A DNA stretch of 64,000 bases, taken from a virus. The position numbers and the translations under genes were made by a program. Below the pieces are notes generated by a model. The model made no database searches. It saw only the letters and a list, made by a program, of their open reading frames with translations, and had not been told where the DNA came from. The stretch is from the IMG/VR virus record IMGVR_UViG_3300043436_003324; one strand, 5' to 3'. Below, piece after piece: positions 57,880 to 64,000 of the stretch. Positions within the stretch are counted from its first letter, which is position 1. The number at the start of each line of letters is the position of its first letter.

Positions 57880-59127
57880 ATGAAAATTTTTATACAAATT
57901 GCGTCTTATAGGGACCCACAATTAATACCAACAATCAAAAATTGTGTAGACAACTCAAAAAATCCACAGAATTTAGTTTTTTCAATTGCAAGACAATTTA
58001 ATCCTGAAGATAAGTTTGATGATCTCTCAGAATTTGAGTCCGATAAAAGATTTAAAATTTTAAACATTCCTTATCAAGAATCAAAAGGAGTTTGTTGGGC
58101 AAGAAATCTAACTCAACAACAATATGATGGTGAAGAATATACTTTACAGATAGATTCCCATATGCGTTTTGAAAAGGATTGGGATCAAACTTTAATTGAC
58201 ATGATTAAAGATTTACAAACCAAAGGTCATAAAAAACCATTATTAACTGGTTATGTGTCGTCTTTTGATCCTGACAATGATCCCCAAGGTAGAGTTTTAG
58301 AACCGTGGAGAATGACGTTTGACAGATTTACACCTGAAGGTTGTGTCTTCTTTCTTCCTGAAGTTATACCTAATTGGAAAAACCTAACGGAACCAATACC
58401 ATCAAGATTTTACTCGGCTCACTTTTGTTTCACATTAGGAGAATTTTCAAAAGAAGTTCAACACGATCCCGAATATTATTTTCACGGAGAAGAAATCTCA
58501 ATTGCCGTAAGGGCCTATACTCATGGATATGATTTATTTCATCCACATAAAATTGTTATTTGGCATGAGTACACAAGAAAAGGTAGAACAAAACAATGGG
58601 ACGACGATAAAGAATGGTATAAGAAAAATGAATCATCACATTCTAAAAATAGAAAACTTTTAGGTGTTGATGGTGAAATATTAAACGAGGAGATTGGAAT
58701 CTATGGGATGGGAACAGAACGTACCGTTACAGAGTACGAAAAATACTCAGGCATACTATTTTCAAAAAGAGCGGTACAACAATATACAATAGATAAGAAA
58801 TATCCACCAAACCCATACGATTATAAGAACGAGGAAGAATGGATTAATAGTTTCTCAATGATCTTTAAACATTGTATTGATGTTTCATTTAACGATGTTC
58901 CAGAAAATGATTATGAGTTTTGGGTTGTTGCATTTCACAATGAAAAAGATGAAACGCTCTTTAGAAAAGATGCGGACACAGGAGAAATTCTTAGGATGAA
59001 ACAAGATCCTGACGGATATTGTAAAGTATGGAGAGAGTTTAACACAACAGAGAAACCAAAGTACTGGGTTGTTTGGCCGTACTCAAAATCAAAAGGATGG
59101 TGTAATAGATTAACGGGAAATTTATAA
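57880..59127 (+). CDS. GT60-like polypeptide GlcNAc-transferase (Skp1 Gnt1/TcOGNT-like)
   Basis: IFIQIASYRDPQL, GVCWARN, LQIDSHMRF, FHGEEISI, IWHEY. Confidence 0.8.
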   Translation: MKIFIQIASYRDPQLIPTIKNCVDNSKNPQNLVFSIARQFNPEDKFDDLSEFESDKRFKILNIPYQESKGVCWARNLTQQQYDGEEYTLQIDSHMRFEKDWDQTLIDMIKDLQTKGHKKPLLTGYVSSFDPDNDPQGRVLEPWRMTFDRFTPEGCVFFLPEVIPNWKNLTEPIPSRFYSAHFCFTLGEFSKEVQHDPEYYFHGEEISIAVRAYTHGYDLFHPHKIVIWHEYTRKGRTKQWDDDKEWYKKNESSHSKNRKLLGVDGEILNEEIGIYGMGTERTVTEYEKYSGILFSKRAVQQYTIDKKYPPNPYDYKNEEEWINSFSMIFKHCIDVSFNDVPENDYEFWVVAFHNEKDETLFRKDADTGEILRMKQDPDGYCKVWREFNTTEKPKYWVVWPYSKSKGWCNRLTGNL

Positions 59128-59130
59128 ATT

Positions 59131-60135
59131 GTGAATTTAGAAATTAGACACGAATTTAGGGACATTAGATTTGGTAATGATGAATTTTATGTGACAAGTT
59201 TTTTTAAAAAATTTTACGAAAAACTTAAAACAAAATATCCTAATCACAATTTTACGGTTAACAATAAAAAAGAATACGAAAAATATGGTCAAGGAGGAAT
59301 TCATAGTTGTATGAATTTTTCAATTATAAATCCGTTAAACAAAAATTATATACTAATTTCTTTTTTTGATAATTGGAAATATCATTTCATGTCTCACTTA
59401 GGGTGGGAGGCGAACAAAATGAAACAATTTTTTTACCCTGGAGGGTTTAATTTTTTAGACTATTTTAATTTTAAAGAAATCTCTAAAACTAACAGAGATT
59501 TAATATTCCCAAAAAACATAGATTCAATTTATAATTCATTTTATTACGGACCTTATTTTGATTCTTGTTATGATGAAATGAAAGTTTTATATAATAACAA
59601 ATCAAATATAGAAAAAAGTGATAAATTATATTTTAGAGGATGGTTATGGGATTTTAGAAAAGAAATGGTTAAAAACATTAATAGAGAAGATGTTTTAATA
59701 ATTGATAAAAATGAGAACAATCAAAATTTAAATTATAATACTTATTTAAACGAAACTTCACAATACGCCGCAGCACTAAGTTTACCTGGTGGTAATGAAA
59801 TGTGTAATAGGGATATTGAATGTTTTGGTATTGGTGTTCCTGTTATAAGACCTACATTGAATATTGAATATAATGATCCATTGATACCTAACTATCATTA
59901 CATTAGTTGTTATCATTTTTGTGACTATAGTGATGGGGGGCACCCAAAATACTTATCTTATGAAGATTTTAAAAAAAATTTATTAATAACATGGGATAAA
60001 GTAAAAAATAATAAAGAATATTTAAATTTTGTTTCTACTAATGCAAGGTCTTGGTTTGAAAGAAATTGTACTGTGGAAAACAACATTAATCATATTTTAG
60101 ATAAACTTAATTTAGAAAAATTATTAGAGGAATGA
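59131..60135 (+). CDS. Putative GT-B glycosyltransferase
   Basis: LYFRG and LSLPGGNEMCNRDIECFGIGVPVI. Confidence 0.55.
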   Translation: MNLEIRHEFRDIRFGNDEFYVTSFFKKFYEKLKTKYPNHNFTVNNKKEYEKYGQGGIHSCMNFSIINPLNKNYILISFFDNWKYHFMSHLGWEANKMKQFFYPGGFNFLDYFNFKEISKTNRDLIFPKNIDSIYNSFYYGPYFDSCYDEMKVLYNNKSNIEKSDKLYFRGWLWDFRKEMVKNINREDVLIIDKNENNQNLNYNTYLNETSQYAAALSLPGGNEMCNRDIECFGIGVPVIRPTLNIEYNDPLIPNYHYISCYHFCDYSDGGHPKYLSYEDFKKNLLITWDKVKNNKEYLNFVSTNARSWFERNCTVENNINHILDKLNLEKLLEE

Positions 60136-61805
60136 TAACATTAGTAACAGGTTTATGGGATATCGGTAGAGGTAATATGGCAGAGGGTTGGTCAAGAAAC
60201 TTTGATTTTTATTTAGAAAAATTTAAAGAACTGTTAAAGATTGATTGTAACATGATAATTTTTGGTGATATAGAATTACAAAAATTTGTTACTGATCAAA
60301 ACAGAGACTTAAATAAAACTAGGTTTATATTAAGAGATTTAAGTTGGTTTAGAAATAACGATTACTATGAAAAAATACAAACCATAAGAACAAATCCTAA
60401 TTGGTATAACCAAGTTGGTTGGTTAAAAGACTCGACACAAGGTAAGTTAGAAATGTATAACCCATTAGTTATGTCTAAAATGTTTTTATTACATGACGCA
60501 ATGTTACTTGATCCTTTTAATTCTGAAAAACTTTATTGGATAGATGCCGGATTAACAAACACAGTTAGTGTTGGTTATTTTACTCATGATAATGTTTTAG
60601 AAAAAATAAATAAAACATTTAATAACTTTACGTTTATATGTTTTCCGTATGAAACAAATACTGAAGTACACGGATTTGAGATAAATAAAATGACAGATCA
60701 TATTGGTAAAAAACCAAATATGGTATCAAGAGGAGGATTTTTTGGGGGAACCAAAGAAACAATTTCCCAAATGAATTCATTATATTATCAATTATTGTTT
60801 CAAACCTTGAACTACGGTTTAATGGGCACAGAAGAAAGTTTATTCACAATTTTAACCTACACTCAACCTAATATAATTGATTACGTAAAAATAGAATCAA
60901 ATGGGTTATTATATAAATTTTTTGAGGATGTTAAAACCAACAATGTGGTCATAGAAAATAAAAAACCAAAAATAATAACTAACAATGAAAATAATGGGGG
61001 GGTTGGTTTATACGTGATAACATTTAATTCTCCTAAACAGTTTGAAGTTTTGGTTGAGTCTATGATGGAATATGATCCTTCATTTATATCCAAAACCAAA
61101 AAATTTTTATTAGATAATTCAACTGATTTAACAACAACAAATGAATACTTGAGAATTTGTGAGATGTATGGTTTTGTTCACATAAAAAAGGATAATATTG
61201 GAATAACAGGTGGTAGGCAGTTTATTGCTGAACACTTTAACGAACAAAATGATCTATCAACATATTATTTTTTTGAAGACGATATGGCTTTCTACCCAAA
61301 GGAAAGTGATACATGTAAAAATGGTTTTAATCGATTTGTTAAAAATTTATTTAACATAACTCAAGAAATAATAAAAAAAGAAAATTTTGATTTTTTAAAA
61401 TTAAATTTTACTGAATTTTTTGGTAGTCACGATAAACAATGGGCTTGGTATAATGTTCCCCAAAGTTTTAGGGAGTCTCATTGGGAAAATAATAAATTAT
61501 TACCAAAACAAGGTCTTGACCCTAATTCACCAAACTTAGAATATAAACATATAAAATCACATAAAGGGGTTCCATATGCTAGCGGTGAAGTTTATTTATC
61601 TAATTGGCCGATATTAATGACAAAGGAAGGAAATTATAAATGTTATATTAAAACAAAATTTCAAAACCCATACGAACAAACATTAATGAGTCATTGTTAT
61701 CAAGAAACAATTAAAGGAAACATTAATCCATCTGTTTTATTACTTACACCAACGGAACATAATAGATTTGATTTTTATAGTTCCGATTTAAGAAAAGAAT
61801 GTTAG
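60132..61805 (+). CDS. HtrL/YibB-like glycosyltransferase fused to a GT-A domain
   Basis: TLVTGLWDIGR, YWIDAG, GGFFGG, GTEE; second domain has FFEDDM. Confidence 0.7.
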   Translation: MITLVTGLWDIGRGNMAEGWSRNFDFYLEKFKELLKIDCNMIIFGDIELQKFVTDQNRDLNKTRFILRDLSWFRNNDYYEKIQTIRTNPNWYNQVGWLKDSTQGKLEMYNPLVMSKMFLLHDAMLLDPFNSEKLYWIDAGLTNTVSVGYFTHDNVLEKINKTFNNFTFICFPYETNTEVHGFEINKMTDHIGKKPNMVSRGGFFGGTKETISQMNSLYYQLLFQTLNYGLMGTEESLFTILTYTQPNIIDYVKIESNGLLYKFFEDVKTNNVVIENKKPKIITNNENNGGVGLYVITFNSPKQFEVLVESMMEYDPSFISKTKKFLLDNSTDLTTTNEYLRICEMYGFVHIKKDNIGITGGRQFIAEHFNEQNDLSTYYFFEDDMAFYPKESDTCKNGFNRFVKNLFNITQEIIKKENFDFLKLNFTEFFGSHDKQWAWYNVPQSFRESHWENNKLLPKQGLDPNSPNLEYKHIKSHKGVPYASGEVYLSNWPILMTKEGNYKCYIKTKFQNPYEQTLMSHCYQETIKGNINPSVLLLTPTEHNRFDFYSSDLRKEC

Positions 61806-61833
61806 TTGTTATATTTATAATTAAAAACAATTA

Positions 61834-62778
61834 ATGGAATTCTTTATTAAGAAAAACGCTACATTACCAATTTTAAAAATGCAAGTTGTTAAAGATGGTC
61901 GTAGTGATTTCAATAAAATGATGGGACTAATCGAAAATTCTGCCATATTCTTTTCTATGGTGGATATAGAAACAGGTATTCCTAAAATTACAACTAGACC
62001 TGCGGGGTTTGTATCTAAAAAAATGTTAGACCCAAATGCCGATCCTGAATATTATGTTTACTATCAATTTACAAATAAAGACACAAGAAAAGTTGGTAGG
62101 TATGAAGGCCAATTTCTATTAAGAAATGAAGATGGTGTTTTAATATTACCAATAAGAGATAAGTTATTTATTAACATACAAGAAAGTTTTATTGCGGAAG
62201 ACCTTCCATATGACAGTTGTTATGTTAGTGAATTTCCTTGTTGTATTTTACCAACCCCCACACCATCACCAAACCCCACACCAATAGTAACAACTACAAC
62301 AACATTTCAACCAACACCAACACCTTCACCATTACCTTTAGAGGTTGTTTTGGAAGCAATAATCACATCAGGATCAACAATAATAGATTATAATCTTACG
62401 TCAAATATTCAATTTGATGAACCAATATTAATTTATTTTAATCATACTCTTAATGTTTACACGGGTTCTCCAATAAATATTACAACAGGAGTTACAATAT
62501 CTGTTGGGGAAATTTCTGGAAATACACGAGTTATTTTAGATGAAAATTTTAATAATTTAACAAGAATAGATAGTTTTGGTAATATAATTACCTACCCAAA
62601 CCCTCTTAATTTTACTATAACAGAAAATTACCCAATTACACCAACACCAACACCTACTATAACGCCAACACCAACTCCAACACCAGTTGACGTATTAATT
62701 AATCCTATAATAACTGAGAACGATTATTATATAATAATTGGGGATAACGAATATTTTAAATTCGTAGATCCAATATAA
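61834..62778 (+). CDS. PT-repeat structural protein (BppU-like N-terminus possible)
   Basis: Three PT/T tracts; late motif at 61812. Confidence 0.7.
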   Translation: MEFFIKKNATLPILKMQVVKDGRSDFNKMMGLIENSAIFFSMVDIETGIPKITTRPAGFVSKKMLDPNADPEYYVYYQFTNKDTRKVGRYEGQFLLRNEDGVLILPIRDKLFINIQESFIAEDLPYDSCYVSEFPCCILPTPTPSPNPTPIVTTTTTFQPTPTPSPLPLEVVLEAIITSGSTIIDYNLTSNIQFDEPILIYFNHTLNVYTGSPINITTGVTISVGEISGNTRVILDENFNNLTRIDSFGNIITYPNPLNFTITENYPITPTPTPTITPTPTPTPVDVLINPIITENDYYIIIGDNEYFKFVDPI

Positions 62779-62810
62779 AATTTAAAAGATATTTATAAAA
62801 TAAAAAGATT

Positions 62811-64000
62811 ATGGCATTAACAGGTAAAACAATTGGAGAATTAGAATTTCTACAATTCCCAAATAACGAAACATTACTCCCTGTAGAATACAGTGGGGAT
62901 ACTTATCATATTGCATTTTCGTCAATTACATACAACGAGGGAACATATTCACAGTTTGTTGCGGAAGCCAATTCGGGTGTATTAACACCAGGTAGATTTT
63001 ACTTGATGACCGATTATCAAACTTGTTATGACCAACCAAACTATGATACTAATGGCATCCCAATAACGATTGGTAATTATAAGACAGGAACAACAGAACC
63101 TATATTATTGTTGGCAATTTCAACAACAGGATTCTCCCCTACAGTTTATTCAACACTATATCCACAAGATAAAATCTCTTATGATATTACTTGGAATGCA
63201 ACTGAAGTTACAGATAATCCTGCTAAAGGTAGAATTACTGAAAGAATTGACGAGTTTAATAACAGAACAGATTATGACCATAGACAAGTGGTATTTAAAC
63301 GATACGAAACATCACCTTCAAGTGGTATTTATACAGTAATTAAAGATAATGGGAATCCTTACATTGATGATATTCCAACTTTTGGAACAGGTTGTTATTC
63401 TAATAAAATAGGGAACTTTTATACCACCTTAGATTTAAACAATACAGGTTTTATTTTATCAAATAATATATTTGATGATGATTGTTGGGACAATACAACA
63501 GGGGCAGATTTTTATAATAATACAATCGGTTCAATAGTTTATGAAAATAAATTTGGGGATTCATGTCATGATAATGTGATAGAAGGAGATGCTTATAACA
63601 ATGTGGTAAATAACAACTTTAGTTTAAACACAATAGGTGGTCAATTTTATAATAATACCATATTCAATGGATTTAGATTAAATGTGATAGGGTCACAATT
63701 TGGAGGAAATGAAATTTTAAGTGGATTTAGAGAAAATCAAACATCTGCAGGATTTGCTAAAAATAGAATTGGTTATGATTTTAGAAATGTAGGTATAACT
63801 ATTGGAACAAACTTTTTAGATAATCAAATAGGGAACAATTTTACTGATAATATTGCTATTGGAGATGACTTCCAAAATAATGTGATAGGTAACAATTTTC
63901 AAGAAAATAACATTGGAAATGGATTTTTTTCAAATCAAATAGGAATCCTATTTAATAATAACACTTGTTATGGTTCATTTGCATATAACACCATAGGAGC
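62811..64000 (+). CDS. Tail fibre/beta-solenoid repeat protein, truncated at window end; not in ORF track
   Basis: MALTGKTIGEL... appears open to the end of the window; about 9-residue N-x-IG-x-x-F repeats; late motif at 62790. Confidence 0.8.
   Translation, partial: MALTGKTIGELEFLQFPNNETLLPVEYSGDTYHIAFSSITYNEGTYSQFVAEANSGVLTPGRFYLMTDYQTCYDQPNYDTNGIPITIGNYKTGTTEPILLLAISTTGFSPTVYSTLYPQDKISYDITWNATEVTDNPAKGRITERIDEFNNRTDYDHRQVVFKRYETSPSSGIYTVIKDNGNPYIDDIPTFGTGCYSNKIGNFYTTLDLNNTGFILSNNIFDDDCWDNTTGADFYNNTIGSIVYENKFGDSCHDNVIEGDAYNNVVNNNFSLNTIGGQFYNNTIFNGFRLNVIGSQFGGNEILSGFRENQTSAGFAKNRIGYDFRNVGITIGTNFLDNQIGNNFTDNIAIGDDFQNNVIGNNFQENNIGNGFFSNQIGILFNNNTCYGSFAYNTIG

Noticed and set aside
1-64000. Stop-codon reassignment (code 15 or 4)
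   Set aside because: Core genes are full length under the standard code, and TAG and TGA both end genes at sensible junctions.
1-64000. tRNA genes, integrase/transposase, reverse transcriptase/DGR, cas genes, clpP
   Set aside because: No supporting motifs seen in this window.

Overview
This AT-rich window is the virion-morphogenesis region of a large T4-like myophage. The host is probably a Bacteroidetes/Flavobacteriales bacterium, judged from TTG-N20-TAnnTTTG promoters, a Bacteroidetes-type bS21 and a T9SS-like cargo protein. Head genes are terminase, portal, prohead protease, scaffold and major capsid protein. Also present are baseplate/tail-type genes, a gp55-like late sigma factor and two glycosylation clusters flanking Pro-Thr-repeat (mucin-like) proteins. 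Translation and proteostasis elements are a tmRNA with an atypical 21-codon tag, an unannotated ribosomal protein bS21 gene, a ClpC lacking its N-domain with a divergent UVR-domain partner, and an M28 peptidase. The most striking feature is an ORF-free, highly structured RNA of about 870 nt (approx. 2045-2917; GOLLD/ROOL-class candidate). It is preceded by an rRNA-operon-like leader: tandem sigma70 promoters, covarying hairpins and a boxA. Other leading hypotheses are a GT60-initiated O-glycosylation system for PT-repeat virion proteins, a shared N-terminal leader that may target proteins to the capsid, and a strand-oriented TATTTAT late-promoter motif. All family calls come from motif recognition by eye; no database searches were run.
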